DNA of 64,000 nt from an uncultured Alphaproteobacteria bacterium (GCA_963808505.1 CAWEFZ010000004.1:507058-571057), one strand, 5' to 3'; shown: positions 26,022 to 37,191, counted from the stretch's first letter. The notes: generated by a model from the letters alone, not told the origin. Program-made: numbers and translations.

Positions 26022-28406
26022 ATGAAAGCACAAAATGGACCGCGTTATAGCGTGGCGCTGATCGCGTTTGCGGGTGGCTGGGCGCTTTTCGCTTCGCCGT
26101 GGCTTTGCGGCGCGGTTACTATCCCCTACGACGCAAAAGCGCATTTCCAGGCGCAGCTTCAATTCCTGGCGAATTCGCTTCACACGGGCCAATCCCCGTT
26201 CTGGACACATAACGTGTTCGCCGGGTCGCCCCAAATCGCCGACCCGCAGTCGCTGATCTTCTCTCCGGCGCTTTTGCTCGCCTACCTTGAGCCTATGCCG
26301 AGCTTTCGCCAGCTCGATTTTTATTGCTTCGCCCTCCTGGCTCTCGCCGGCCTATCCGTGGTCATGTTTTTCAAGGATCGCGGCTGGCATCCTGGCGGCG
26401 CCGTCGTGGCGGGACTCGCCACCGCGTTTGGCGGCTCGTCCATCTGGCGCATTCAGCACATCAAGCAGATCGAATCGTTCGCGTTTCTCATGCTGACGCT
26501 TTGGCTTCTGGAGCGCGCTCTCGAACGCAGAAGCAGTCTTTACGGCGCTTTTTCAGGCGCCGCCGCGGGCTTCATGATCATGGAGCCCGGTCAAGTCGCG
26601 ATGCTTGGCTGCTACCTTCTTGCGGGCTATGCGCTCCATCATTGGCTCAGCCAGCCCAGATTTTGGACGGCCGCGCGGCAGTCGCTTCCGGCGCTTCTCT
26701 GCGGCGGTCTTACGGCCGCCGCGCTCGCCGCCGCGCCGATCCTGTTCAGCCTCCTGTTCGTGCTCAGTTCGAACCGCCCCGAAATTCCCTTCAAAGAGGC
26801 GGTTCGGGGCTCCTTGCACCCAGCCTCCCTCCTGACCGCAATCGCGCCGAATCTCTATTCGGTCCGGGGAGAGCTGCCCTATTGGGGACCGGGCAGCATG
26901 GAGTGGCCGGCGACTTGGTTGTCGATGAGCGAGAATATGCTCGAAGTCTATATCGGCGCGCTTCCAATTCTGCTTCTCTTGTCGGTGGGGCTTATCAAGG
27001 GGCGTCTTTGGTCCCGCGAAATTCGCTTCTTCTCCATCGCCATGGTCGCGCTGTTGATCTATGCTCTCGGGCGCTATTCCTATGTCTTCACATGGATGTA
27101 TGCCTATATCCCCGGCGTCGATCTTTTCCGAAGGCCGGCGGACGCGACCTATACGCTTGGCGCAATGGCGTCTATCTCTTCGGGTTACTTCTTGCATTTG
27201 CTTCTCAGCGGCAAGGAAAGTCTGGCTGGAAAAAGAAGCTACGCCGTCTTTCTCGTCCTAACACTGTTGTTCGCCGCAAGCTTAGCCATTGCTGCGGCTT
27301 ACGGCCATTTGCGATCCGCAATCGGACCGGTTGCGTTCTCGGCCGCTATCTTTGCTAGCGGATGGCTCGTGCTGCTTTTCGTGCAGCGCTATCGTGAAGA
27401 ATACGCCGTCGCCGCAATCGCGCTCTTGGCCGGCTTTGTGACACTCGACCTCGCCATCGGTAATGGACCGAACCGGTCCACGGGACAGCCGCCTTCAAAA
27501 TATGAAGAACTTCGCGCCGACACGCCGAACGAGACGGTCGCTTTCCTGAAGAGCCATCTTAGCCGGCCCGAAGGCGACGCGCATCGCGACCGCGTCGAGA
27601 TGGTGGGGATCGGATTCGAGTGGCCGAATATCGGCCTGATCCATAATTTCGATCATGTCATGGGCTACAATCCGGTTCGCCTCGAAGCGGCTGTCGAGGG
27701 CATCGGCGCCTCCGAAACCGTGGCCGAAGTTTGGGAGCGGCATTTCTCGCCGCTGTTTCCGTCCTATCGTTCGCTTATGGCGGACATGCTCGGGCTCCGC
27801 TATATTGCGATCAAGAAGCCCATCGAGTCCGTCGACAAGTCTTTGCAGCCAGGCGATCTCAAGCTCATCGCCCGGACCGCCGACGCCTATATCTACGAGA
27901 ACCCCCGTGCTTTCCCCCGCGTCATGCTCGCTCAGAATTGGCTCCCCGCCGATTTCGGCAAGCTCATGAAGGACGGGCAATGGCCGAAATTCGATCCGGC
28001 GCGCACCGTTCTCCTCGATGGGATGCCGTCGCGGCTTCTGACCTCGCGTATCTCGCCGGTCTCGCTGTCGAGCGCGACAATCGCTCTGCGAAAGTATGAG
28101 AACACCGAAGTCGAGATCGACGTGAATGCTCCCGCAGGCGGGTTCGTGGTCCTCAACGATATCTGGCACCCCTGGTGGTTCGGCGCCGTCGACGGCAAGC
28201 CCGCGAAAATTCTTCGGGCCAATGTGCTGTTCCGGGCAATCCAGGTTTCACCGGGGCGACATACCGTGCGCTTCGAATTCAGGCCCGTGGAAGGCGCAAT
28301 AAAAGAGGTCGAGACGCGTCTTTACGGTCCGGCGCGAAGCCAAGCGCCGGTCGCCACTCGAAGCAGGCCGCAAGCCAGCGCGCAATCCCCGGCGTTTAAG
28401 GGGTGA
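26022..28406 (+). CDS. Large polytopic membrane protein, YfhO-like (glycosyltransferase-C-fold) family, tentative
   Basis: About 13 hydrophobic segments are followed by a ~300-aa soluble C-terminal domain. An N-terminal DAKAHFQAQLQFLANSLHTGQSPFWTHNVFAGSP block is present. The start is set at the ATG at 26022. Confidence 0.6.
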   Translation: MKAQNGPRYSVALIAFAGGWALFASPWLCGAVTIPYDAKAHFQAQLQFLANSLHTGQSPFWTHNVFAGSPQIADPQSLIFSPALLLAYLEPMPSFRQLDFYCFALLALAGLSVVMFFKDRGWHPGGAVVAGLATAFGGSSIWRIQHIKQIESFAFLMLTLWLLERALERRSSLYGAFSGAAAGFMIMEPGQVAMLGCYLLAGYALHHWLSQPRFWTAARQSLPALLCGGLTAAALAAAPILFSLLFVLSSNRPEIPFKEAVRGSLHPASLLTAIAPNLYSVRGELPYWGPGSMEWPATWLSMSENMLEVYIGALPILLLLSVGLIKGRLWSREIRFFSIAMVALLIYALGRYSYVFTWMYAYIPGVDLFRRPADATYTLGAMASISSGYFLHLLLSGKESLAGKRSYAVFLVLTLLFAASLAIAAAYGHLRSAIGPVAFSAAIFASGWLVLLFVQRYREEYAVAAIALLAGFVTLDLAIGNGPNRSTGQPPSKYEELRADTPNETVAFLKSHLSRPEGDAHRDRVEMVGIGFEWPNIGLIHNFDHVMGYNPVRLEAAVEGIGASETVAEVWERHFSPLFPSYRSLMADMLGLRYIAIKKPIESVDKSLQPGDLKLIARTADAYIYENPRAFPRVMLAQNWLPADFGKLMKDGQWPKFDPARTVLLDGMPSRLLTSRISPVSLSSATIALRKYENTEVEIDVNAPAGGFVVLNDIWHPWWFGAVDGKPAKILRANVLFRAIQVSPGRHTVRFEFRPVEGAIKEVETRLYGPARSQAPVATRSRPQASAQSPAFKG

Positions 28407-28409
28407 CTT

Positions 28410-28919
28410 TCATGAGCGCCTGTCGCTTCCCGCAAAGAAGGGCTCGCCCAGCCGCCACATTTCGCCAAACATCACAAGAAGAAGCGAACCGACGAAGACA
28501 GGATTTATCAACCAAGAGGCGGGCAGGCCGTGGGCTGGAACTATGAACGCATCGATTCCGGCGGGCGGGTGAACGGCGCTAAAAGCGATCATCAGGAATG
28601 TGGCGGCGCCGACGGCGACAGCGCTTGAAGCCTCGCCATGTCCGAATGTCCAAAAGCAAAGCAAACCGCATCCGCTCGATAGCAGATGACCGGCGATTAC
28701 TGCTCTCGGCTTCGCGGCTTCGCTATTCGGGAGCGCCATCACCAGGACGATGGACGTAACGAATGGAATCCTCGCCAAAGGTTCGCCCGCAATACCGGCG
28801 AGCATCTCCATGAGTCCAATCGCCACCGCCGCGCCGAGAGCCCGGTAGGCCCAGGTTCGGGCCGAACTTCGGTTGACGCTACGCGGCGGAGCTTTCCCGG
28901 TATCGCTTTGACGATGCAT
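28410..28919 (-). CDS. HPP-family membrane protein
   Basis: A four-TM protein carrying the signature AVHPPAG. Confidence 0.8.
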   Translation of the reverse strand: MHRQSDTGKAPPRSVNRSSARTWAYRALGAAVAIGLMEMLAGIAGEPLARIPFVTSIVLVMALPNSEAAKPRAVIAGHLLSSGCGLLCFWTFGHGEASSAVAVGAATFLMIAFSAVHPPAGIDAFIVPAHGLPASWLINPVFVGSLLLVMFGEMWRLGEPFFAGSDRRS

Positions 28920-29105
28920 TTCGTTCTTATCTTTTCGCTTCCAGCCACGCTCGAAAGCGTAGCCACTCCCGCGCGATTTTGAAAGGCCGCACCGTCTTCG
29001 AAATGCAAGAGGAGACGCTCGCCAACTGGTCAGCCACAGCGTCGTACACTCCGTTTTGCGCCGGCGCCGGGTCGAGCGCCACGGCGGTCAGGCGCGTGTC
29101 GTTCG

Positions 29106-30104
29106 ATGTCGCGGTCAGCGGATTCAGAAGCCGGCGCCAAGGCGCTGCTGATGGCCGACGATTGTACGGATCGCCGCACCCCGCGCGTGGATGTGGCGCC
29201 CGCCTTGCGCAACCTCACCCGCGTCTATGGCCGGGCCGCCGGCGGCGCCGCGCCGATCGAGCCCGGCCTTCTTGGCGAGCATCATGTCGCCTGCATGGCC
29301 GATGACGAGTCGATCGAGGGCTGCCTCGCCTGGATCGAAACGCAGTCCGAGGCGGACCGCGAGAGGCGCCGCCGCGATTTCATCGCCACCCTGCAGCGCG
29401 CGACCCTTGCCGAGCACGGCGCCAACGCCAGCGCTCAAGCGGCGGCCCGGCTCGATTATGTTATTCTCCGCCATATGCCCGCTCTCGCCGCCGATCTCGT
29501 CGCAGTGATGGCGCAAACGCCCGGTCAGTTCCAGAGCCGCGTCGAGGCCGCCCTCGATGCCCTCGATTTCGAGGCGCGGCGCGCCCTCGAACTCGCGCTT
29601 CCCGCCGGGCGCCTCCAACTGCTGAATGCAGGCCGCCGGGAGGAAGCGCTCGCGGCGAATCAGGAGGCGGCGGACATGGGGAGGGGGTTCGCGGAGGCCC
29701 CCCCGGATGCCTTCCTGCCCAGTTCGGAAACGGGCCTGAGAAACCTTGAAAAACACCTCTCCGGTCTCGACTGCCGCGAGGAGGAGGCGGACGTCCAAAG
29801 GCGGCTGGCCGAAGCCCGCCCGGAAGTCCTGCCCGTTTTGGCTAATAGCCTTGGGACGCTAGGCCTGGCATTCACGGGGCAAGGGCGGCATTTGGAAGCC
29901 GCGGGGGCGCTGAAGGAGGCGCTTGAGATTGTCGCGCCCTTTGTGGAGAAGCTGCCGCGGGCTTTTTTGCCGCTTTCCGCAAAATTGCTGAAAGCTTACG
30001 CGCCGGCGTGCCAAGACGCAGGCGTCGAGGCGGACGCGTCTTTGCTGGAGCGCCTGGAGCGCCCGGACTTGGCTTTGCAACAAACGCAAAGCGAGACGCT
30101 TTGA
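29106..30104 (+). CDS. Hypothetical protein with a TPR-like helical C-terminal half
   Basis: A 332-aa ORF with GC3-rich codon usage. LANSLGTLGLAFTGQGRHLEAAGALKEALEI is TPR-like. The start is uncertain and no family was recognised. Confidence 0.45.
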   Translation: MSRSADSEAGAKALLMADDCTDRRTPRVDVAPALRNLTRVYGRAAGGAAPIEPGLLGEHHVACMADDESIEGCLAWIETQSEADRERRRRDFIATLQRATLAEHGANASAQAAARLDYVILRHMPALAADLVAVMAQTPGQFQSRVEAALDALDFEARRALELALPAGRLQLLNAGRREEALAANQEAADMGRGFAEAPPDAFLPSSETGLRNLEKHLSGLDCREEEADVQRRLAEARPEVLPVLANSLGTLGLAFTGQGRHLEAAGALKEALEIVAPFVEKLPRAFLPLSAKLLKAYAPACQDAGVEADASLLERLERPDLALQQTQSETL

Positions 30105-30131
30105 GACTGAAGCTCTCGCAAGCGATTTCGT

Positions 30132-33100
30132 CTAAACCGATTCCTGCTCTGTTTCCGGCTTGGCGTCTTCGGGATCGGCGCCGCGACTCAGAAACAGGGT
30201 TTGCAGCGCGGGGACCACGATCAGCAACATGATGGGGCCGATCAGCATTCCGCCCACGACAACAATGGCGAGAGGCCTTTGGACCTGACTGCCGATGCCC
30301 GTGGACAAGGCGGCCGGAAACAGTCCGATGCAGGCCGATAACGCGGTCATGAGCATTGGGCGCATCCGCTGCGTCGCGGCCTGGAACATCGCATCGGTGG
30401 CGCTGGGGACCGAGCGGCGCAATTCGTTGAAGTAGGTCATGATCAGAATGCCGTTCATGACCGAAACGCCGAACAGCGATACGAAACCGATCGCCGCCGA
30501 TATGCCGAATTCCTCTCCCGAAACCGCAAGCGCGACGATCCCGCCGCCCACCGCGAACGGAATGCCCGTCAAAACAAGAAGACTGTCGCGGATGCTGTTG
30601 AAGAGGGCGTAGAGCAGGCCGAGAATAAGGACGAGGCTGAGAGGAACAACGAGGGCCAATCGCTTTTGCGCCTGTTCAAGCTCCTCGAATTCTCCCGCCC
30701 ATTCCAGCCGGTATCCATTCGGTACTGCGACGGCCTTGGCGATCCGGTCTTTAGCCTCCGCGACCGCTCCGCCAAGATCGCGTTCCCGCACGCTAAATTT
30801 GATCGGTATGAATCTCTGGTTTTTCTCGTGAAAGATATAGGATGCGCCCGTATCGAGGGTGATGTCCGCAACTTCGCTGAGAGGGATGTACGCGGCGCCA
30901 TTGGGCGTCGTGTAGTTGATTTTTGCGTTTCTGACGCTTTCGACGAAATCGCGGAATTTCGGGGCCGCGCGGACATTGACGCCGAACTGGCGGTCCGATT
31001 CGTAAATGGTGGTCGCGACATTGCCCCCAAACGCCGTCTGAACGAAGGTGTTGACGTCGCCTGCGTTGAGCCCATAACGCGCCGCCTTGTTGCGATCCAC
31101 CTTGACGTTAAGATTGGGCTGGCCGAGGACGCGGAATATGCCGAGGTCGGTTACGCCTTGAACTTCGCTCATAATGCGCTTTATCTGCGTCGCAAGCTCC
31201 TCCAGCTTGAAGAGATCGGGGCCGATAATCTTGACCGAGTTCGCGCCTTTGACGCCGGACAGGCCTTCCTCGATATTGTCTTGGATATATTGAGAAAAGT
31301 TCAGATCGATCCCGGTGAACTCCGCGGAAAACTCATTTTGCATATCCTTGATCAAATCTTCCTTGTGACGCCCCGGCGCCCATTCGCCGAATGGCTTCAG
31401 CGGCACAAAGAACTCGGCGTTGAAGAAGCCGGTCGCATCGCTGCCATTGTCGGGGCGGCCGTGCTGGGAAACGACGGTGATGACTTCGGGGTGACTTTTA
31501 AGAATCTGCCTCATTCTGTCGACGACAGGCATTCCGGCTTCGAGAGAAATCGTGGGCGGCATCGATGCGCGAATCCAAAGGTTTCCCTCCTCAAGGGCCG
31601 GGAGAAACTCCGTTCCGAGCCTCGACGCCAGGAAACCGCTGAAGATCAGAAAGACGACGCCGATGGCGACGGTCACGACGCGCGCGCGAAGCGCAAGCCG
31701 CAGCAAGGGCGTATACGCGCCGCGGATCGCGCGGACCACGATTGTTTCTGTCTCCTCGACGTGTTCCGGGATGAGGAACGAAGCAAGGACGGGCGTAATC
31801 GTGAACGTGGCCAGCAGGGCGCCCACGAGCGCGTATGCGTAAGTTCTGGCCATCGGGTTGAAGATTTGCCCTTCAACGCCCTGCATTGTGAAGAGCGGAA
31901 CAAAGGCGGCAAGAGTAATGGCGGTGGAAAAAAGCACCGCTGTATCGACCTGCATAGCGCTGATATAGATCAAGCGTATCCGGGTGATCAGGCTTGCGTT
32001 CTTGCCATTCCGTTCTATTGGCACAGGCGTACTTAGGATTTGCTCTCGCTCCCTGGCCTGAAAGACACGGAAGATATTTTCAACCAATATAACAGCCGAA
32101 TCGACGATGATTCCGAAGTCCACGGCGCCCAATGAGAGAAGGTTGGCGTCTTCATCTCGAAGAACGAGTATGATGATGCTAAAGAAAAGCGCGAATGGTA
32201 TATTGACTCCAACGATAATGGCGCTTCGCAAATCGCCAAGGAAGATCCACTGTATAAGAAATACAAGAAGGCAGCCGAAGACGAGATTGTGGAGCACGGT
32301 TTCGGTTGTAACCGAGACCAGCGAAGAGCGGTCATAATAGGGAACGAGCTTTACGCCGGGTGGAAGGCTTCCATCCGTGTTGATTTTCTCCACTTCCGCC
32401 TTGATGCGCCCAATGACATCGTTTGTATGAAGCGTCCGGTTCATGACCAGGATAGCGGCGACAACGTCATCGTTATCGTCGCGGCCGGCTTTGCCAAGCC
32501 TTGGCACATAGCCGACATAAACTTTTGCAACGTCCTTGAGCTGGACGGGCACGTTATTAAATTCGCCGAGAGTTATATTTTCGATGTCTTCAACCTTGTG
32601 GCCGCCGATAAGGTCTGTCGATCCGCCATCGTCGATCAAGCCGATCCCGCGTATATTTACAGATTGCTTCCCGATATTGATGGTGCGCGCGCCGACATTG
32701 ACGTTCGCGTTGCTCACGGCGCTTACGAGCTGCGCCACCGTCACGCTATAGGCTTCGAGCCTGTCCAGGTCGGCCTCGACCTCGTATTCCTTGGTCGTGC
32801 CGCCCCAGGTGTTAACCTGCACGACGCCCGGAATGGTCAGAAAGCGGCGTTGCAGAATCCAGTCTTGAATGGTACGAAGATTTGTGAGGCCGATATGTTT
32901 CGGGCCTGTAACTTGATAGCGATAGATTTCGCCGACGAGACTCGAAGCTTGGATTTGCGGTTGTACGTTATTGGGCAGGGTGACATTCTGCAAAAGACTG
33001 ATCTGAGCCTGCTGCAAGGCGAAATAGAAATCGACCCCGTAATTGAATGTTACACGGACAAAAGACAAACCATAGAACGATGTCGAACGGATGTTGTTAA

Positions 33101-33335
33101 CTCCGGGCGTCGGCGCAAGCCCGACCTCCATCGGAATTGTGTAGAGACGCTCCATTTCCTCCGCCGAGAGCCCAGCCGACTGCGCCGTGATTTCCAGGAT
33201 GGCCGGCGCCGGATTTGGGTACGCTTCAATATTCAAGCGCAAGAAGGCGACGCCGCCGCCCACGATGAAAGCGAGGAGAAGTAGAATAACGATGGGCCGG
33301 CGCGTTAAGCCAAACGTCACAAGAGCTTTGAGCAC
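30132..33335 (-). CDS. RND efflux permease, CzcA/CusA-like (heavy-metal efflux type)
   Basis: 1067 aa with a 12-TM RND architecture. The TM4 motif AVDFGIIVDSAVILVEN is close to the HME signature DFG-x3-DGA-x3-VEN. Confidence 0.9.
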   Translation of the reverse strand: MLKALVTFGLTRRPIVILLLLAFIVGGGVAFLRLNIEAYPNPAPAILEITAQSAGLSAEEMERLYTIPMEVGLAPTPGVNNIRSTSFYGLSFVRVTFNYGVDFYFALQQAQISLLQNVTLPNNVQPQIQASSLVGEIYRYQVTGPKHIGLTNLRTIQDWILQRRFLTIPGVVQVNTWGGTTKEYEVEADLDRLEAYSVTVAQLVSAVSNANVNVGARTINIGKQSVNIRGIGLIDDGGSTDLIGGHKVEDIENITLGEFNNVPVQLKDVAKVYVGYVPRLGKAGRDDNDDVVAAILVMNRTLHTNDVIGRIKAEVEKINTDGSLPPGVKLVPYYDRSSLVSVTTETVLHNLVFGCLLVFLIQWIFLGDLRSAIIVGVNIPFALFFSIIILVLRDEDANLLSLGAVDFGIIVDSAVILVENIFRVFQAREREQILSTPVPIERNGKNASLITRIRLIYISAMQVDTAVLFSTAITLAAFVPLFTMQGVEGQIFNPMARTYAYALVGALLATFTITPVLASFLIPEHVEETETIVVRAIRGAYTPLLRLALRARVVTVAIGVVFLIFSGFLASRLGTEFLPALEEGNLWIRASMPPTISLEAGMPVVDRMRQILKSHPEVITVVSQHGRPDNGSDATGFFNAEFFVPLKPFGEWAPGRHKEDLIKDMQNEFSAEFTGIDLNFSQYIQDNIEEGLSGVKGANSVKIIGPDLFKLEELATQIKRIMSEVQGVTDLGIFRVLGQPNLNVKVDRNKAARYGLNAGDVNTFVQTAFGGNVATTIYESDRQFGVNVRAAPKFRDFVESVRNAKINYTTPNGAAYIPLSEVADITLDTGASYIFHEKNQRFIPIKFSVRERDLGGAVAEAKDRIAKAVAVPNGYRLEWAGEFEELEQAQKRLALVVPLSLVLILGLLYALFNSIRDSLLVLTGIPFAVGGGIVALAVSGEEFGISAAIGFVSLFGVSVMNGILIMTYFNELRRSVPSATDAMFQAATQRMRPMLMTALSACIGLFPAALSTGIGSQVQRPLAIVVVGGMLIGPIMLLIVVPALQTLFLSRGADPEDAKPETEQESV

Positions 33336-33376
33336 ACACCACCTCTAGAGGTTGAGTTCCGGGCGTCCGGCTTCGA

Positions 33377-34519
33377 TCATTGGCCAACGTTGACGTATTG
33401 ATTGGCGATGAAGAGCGAGCCGTCTGTCGCCACCAGTTCGCCAGCCTGCACGCCCTCGCGGATCTCGATGTATCCCCCATCGATCAGGCCCGTCTTGACG
33501 ATGCGCTTGATGAATTTCTTCCGGTCGCCCGTCACCCAAACGGTCATCGTTCCATCGCCTTCGCGAACCACGCCATCCTGCGGGACGGCGAGCGCCTTTC
33601 TCGGGGCGGCCACCGTGATTTCGAAATTGGCGAGCATGCCGCCCCGGAGCTCATAATTGGGGTCCGCGATCTCGGATCGAACGAGAACACGCCTCGTGTT
33701 CGGGTCGATCGTGGCGCCGATTGTAACAATCTTGCCTCGGAAGATGCGCCCCGGCAGCGATGAAACCGTTGCTATCACCTCTTGGCCCGGCCTGAGGGCT
33801 GGCGCATCCTTTTCGGAGACGTTCGCGAGCATCCACATCGAGGACGTATCGGCCACGATGTAGACGGGCGGCGGATTTCCGGGCTGAACCAGAAGACCGG
33901 GCGACGCATTTCGCGCGGTTATCAGCCCCGTTATGGGGCTTGGCACAACAAGGGCCGGATCGATCTTGCGTTCGGCAACGATTTTGTCGATCTCGGCGCC
34001 GGTCTTGCCGAAGACTTTGACGGCCGCCCGGGCCGCGTTTAAAGCGCCTTCGGCGGCTTGCTGGTCCGATATCGATTGCTCGTAATCTTTCTGGGCGGCA
34101 GCGCTCTGTTTGAAAAGGTTCTTCTGCCTTTCGAGGGTCTTGCTTGTGAGTTCGAGCACGCCCGCGGCGGCGATCAGCGTCGACTCGGCCTGCACGAGGT
34201 CGGGGCTGTCGATGGTGAAGAGCGTGTCGTCCTTCTTCACGCGATCGCCGACGCTTGCGAACGCGTTGAGAATACGGCCTTGATACGGCGTAAAAACCTG
34301 AGTCAACCGCTCCTGATTGAAGTCTATTGTGCCAACCGCCTGCTGCACTTGCGGAAAGCGATGCTCGATGACGGGCTCGCTCTTGATGGACTTAACCTGG
34401 GACTCCGACAGCTCGACAACGGCTTCAGCGGCGGACGGCTTCGTATCCGCGGCCGTTGCGGGCAGACCGGCAAAGGCCGCGATGCTCAGTAGGAGAGCCG
34501 CGGGCATGAACTTGATCAT
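33377..34519 (-). CDS. RND efflux periplasmic adaptor (membrane fusion) subunit
   Basis: A signal peptide, then a lipoyl/hairpin/beta-barrel pattern (GRILNAFASVGDRVKKDDTLFTIDSPDL...). It sits between the OMF and RND genes. Confidence 0.9.
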   Translation of the reverse strand: MIKFMPAALLLSIAAFAGLPATAADTKPSAAEAVVELSESQVKSIKSEPVIEHRFPQVQQAVGTIDFNQERLTQVFTPYQGRILNAFASVGDRVKKDDTLFTIDSPDLVQAESTLIAAAGVLELTSKTLERQKNLFKQSAAAQKDYEQSISDQQAAEGALNAARAAVKVFGKTGAEIDKIVAERKIDPALVVPSPITGLITARNASPGLLVQPGNPPPVYIVADTSSMWMLANVSEKDAPALRPGQEVIATVSSLPGRIFRGKIVTIGATIDPNTRRVLVRSEIADPNYELRGGMLANFEITVAAPRKALAVPQDGVVREGDGTMTVWVTGDRKKFIKRIVKTGLIDGGYIEIREGVQAGELVATDGSLFIANQYVNVGQ

Positions 34520-34567
34520 AGATGAACTCCTGGCGCATTGCCGTCATAGCAATTCGAGCCCGCGCCG

Positions 34568-36190
34568 TCATCTCGCTTCATTCTTTGTCGCTCCGGGGTA
34601 TTCGACGGCTACGGGATCGGGCTTCGCGCCGATCACACTTGTCAGCCAAGCTTCAGGCGCCCCCGGATGGGGAGACGAGGCGCGATTCCACCAGCCGCCG
34701 CCCAAAGCCTGAAAGAGTGCGACGGTGTCGCTAAACCGGTTTGCTTGCGCCTGTATGACAATCAGAGAGGCTTGGAGATAAACGGTTTGCGCGTTCAAGA
34801 CCTGCTGAAAGGCGATTTGCCCTTCATTTAATTGAATGCGCGTCAGTTTCAGCGTCTTTTCCGCCGCGGCTTCGGCAAGGATCGCCTTCTGCAGTCCGAC
34901 GGTGTCGTGACGGATCGCGTAAAGCGAGTCGGCCACATTCTGGAATGCCGTGAGAACCGCCAGACGATATTGCGCGGCAGCCTGATCGAAGCCGGCTTCG
35001 GCGGCTCGTTGCCTTTGCTGCAAGGTGAACCCGTCGAAGATGACCTGCGTTGCATTCGCGACGCCGGTATAGAAGTAGAAAGCGGGATTGGCGCTGAACA
35101 GGTTCTGGAACAGGGGGCCGCTACGGCCGATGTCGCCGTTCAGCGAAAATTGGGGCAGCCGATTTGCGATCGCAACGCCGATAAGCGCGCAAGCGGCGTG
35201 GAAGTTTTCCTCGGCGGCCCGGACATCTGGCCTTTGGGCTACCAGCTCGGAGGGCAGGCTCACAGGCAGATGCGGTGGAAGCTTCAACGAGGAAAACTCG
35301 AATTTCTCCTGAAGGCCTTCGCCCGGCAGATGGCCGGACAGCACGATCAAGGCATCGCGCTGCTGCGCGAGCGCTTTGCGAAGCGGCGGCAATGTTGCTT
35401 CGGTTTGGGCGACGAGAGCCTCCTGTCCGGCGACGTCGAGTTCCGTCAGCTGGCCTAACTCTTTCTGTAACCGCACCTTTTCCAGGATGTCGCGGGAGAT
35501 GGCGATCAACCGGTTAGTTACCGTGATTTGCTCACGCAGCGATGCTTCCTGGATGGCGCCCAATGCGATGTTCGAAGTAAGCGTCAGAAACGTCGCCTCG
35601 TTCATGAAGCGCTGGTTTTCCTTGAGCGCTTCCAGATTCTCGATTTGCCGCCGCGTGCCGCCCCAAATATCCGGGACGTAAGAGACCGTGAGTTGCGCCG
35701 TGTGAAGCGAATAATAAACTGGGTTGCCTCCGGAGGCGCTGACGACCGGCGCTGCGACGCCGCCTCCGCTGGGCGAAGTCGCCACCTTGCCTCCCGTTGC
35801 CTGATAGTTTCCAGTGGCGAGCGGGAAGAGCTGACCGACTTCCGCGTAAACATTGGCTTGAGCCGCGCGCATGGCGGCCTGCGCCGCGTCGAACGTTGGG
35901 TTATCCCGAAGCGCGCGCCTCATCAGGCCCGTCAATTCGCTTGAGCGAAAGAGAGTCCACCACTCGGCCGGCAGTTCCCGGCCCACGTCGAGATGCTGCG
36001 TCTTGCCTCCCGCCGAGTTCTGCGCAGGCAGTTGCGAAGGGGTGAAACTCCCTATATCCGGCGATTCTGGAATTTTGAAATCCGGCCCTACGCATGACTG
36101 GAGGCCGATCAGAGCCGCCAAACCGAGCGCGGCGCCAAACCTGCGCGCAGCCCGTTTTGAAACGGCCGCGATACCTCTGTTATAGCTCAT
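34568..36190 (-). CDS. Efflux outer-membrane factor lipoprotein, NodT/CzcC family
   Basis: Lipobox LIGLQSC and two OEP repeats. The C-terminal ALGGGW motif is present. Confidence 0.9.
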   Translation of the reverse strand: MSYNRGIAAVSKRAARRFGAALGLAALIGLQSCVGPDFKIPESPDIGSFTPSQLPAQNSAGGKTQHLDVGRELPAEWWTLFRSSELTGLMRRALRDNPTFDAAQAAMRAAQANVYAEVGQLFPLATGNYQATGGKVATSPSGGGVAAPVVSASGGNPVYYSLHTAQLTVSYVPDIWGGTRRQIENLEALKENQRFMNEATFLTLTSNIALGAIQEASLREQITVTNRLIAISRDILEKVRLQKELGQLTELDVAGQEALVAQTEATLPPLRKALAQQRDALIVLSGHLPGEGLQEKFEFSSLKLPPHLPVSLPSELVAQRPDVRAAEENFHAACALIGVAIANRLPQFSLNGDIGRSGPLFQNLFSANPAFYFYTGVANATQVIFDGFTLQQRQRAAEAGFDQAAAQYRLAVLTAFQNVADSLYAIRHDTVGLQKAILAEAAAEKTLKLTRIQLNEGQIAFQQVLNAQTVYLQASLIVIQAQANRFSDTVALFQALGGGWWNRASSPHPGAPEAWLTSVIGAKPDPVAVEYPGATKNEAR

Positions 36191-36656
36191 ACCAACCCCG
36201 GCCCTGTCTGCGCCCTCAATAGCGGAAGCTCCACGTTGTCCCTACAACAATCACACATTTTGGATTGGTAAAGAGCCACGTTCTTGGGCGACAAAAGAAT
36301 TTCAGAACTGTGCTGCATAAGACACATGTTTACGAGCGATGCTGGCATGAGCAGCGGCCTGATTGGCCGAGAAGCGACAAGCCTCGATTTGCTCCGTTAT
36401 TCAATCGCTTCTTATAGGTATTGTTTCACAAAGCTTGTAATGTGCAAAAAAATAGCACAGAAATCTTCGAAACTTACAGACACAGCCTGTGAACCTTGCG
36501 CGAACCTGAAGGAGATTTGGCGCGCTGTCAATAGGGCCACGACTCCCTGGGCTCGACCGGTATATATTTCGAGCACAAAACATGGTCTTCTTTATGAGAC
36601 GCCCTTGGCCAAGAAGGGCGCGACCAAATCACGAATTTGGGGAAAGAGAGAATCGC

Positions 36657-37004
36657 ATGCGCCACGTCGAAACTGCCCTTCAATTGCGGATCTTTCTGGG
36701 CGAGGACGACAAATACGAGGGAAGGCCTCTCTATGAGGAGATTGTGGTTCAGGCTCAGAGATCGGGAATCGCCGGAGCGACCGTGTTTCGCGGCTACTTG
36801 GGCTACGGCAAGGCGAGCGGTCTCAATCCAGGCAAGATTCTGAGAGCCTCAAAGGACCTGCCGGTCGTGGTCGAGATCATGGACGCCGAGGGAAAAGTGA
36901 ACACGTTCATGGAGATCCTCGATAAGATCCTCCATACCGGCGTGGCCACGCTTGAAAAAGTGCAACTTTATCGGTTCAGCGGCAAACCGAAAAAGAAGGC
37001 ATAA
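36657..37004 (+). CDS. DUF190 (PII-like fold) protein
   Basis: LRIFLGEDDKYEGRPLYEEIVVQAQRSGIAGATVFRGYLGYG...PVVVEIMD matches the DUF190 pattern. The start is set at MRHVE. Confidence 0.75.
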   Translation: MRHVETALQLRIFLGEDDKYEGRPLYEEIVVQAQRSGIAGATVFRGYLGYGKASGLNPGKILRASKDLPVVVEIMDAEGKVNTFMEILDKILHTGVATLEKVQLYRFSGKPKKKA

Positions 37005-37191
37005 TGCCGGCTGGCTCATCGTCAGGCGATGCGCCGGGCGTCCTGGCCCCGCGTGAGCGGGGAAACAATCTCATATCCGCACGAACATCTCAGACATTGC
37101 GGTCCAGCCGCTTTTCCGTCGTCCCCGCGAAGGCGGGGCCGGGAATGACGCCGAAGGGCATGAGGCCGATTCCGGCATTAAGTCCGATGCT

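Noticed and set aside
36191-36656. A possible fluoride (crcB-motif) riboswitch upstream of the DUF190 gene, and a near-palindrome ACAAAGCTTGT / TGTGC-N9-GCACA in the AT-rich czc/DUF190 divergent region.
   Set aside because: I could not find the conserved GGCGATGG...AACCGCC...CTGATGA core of the fluoride riboswitch. The palindromes are short and imperfect, and no cognate regulator is encoded nearby. There is not enough evidence to call a site.
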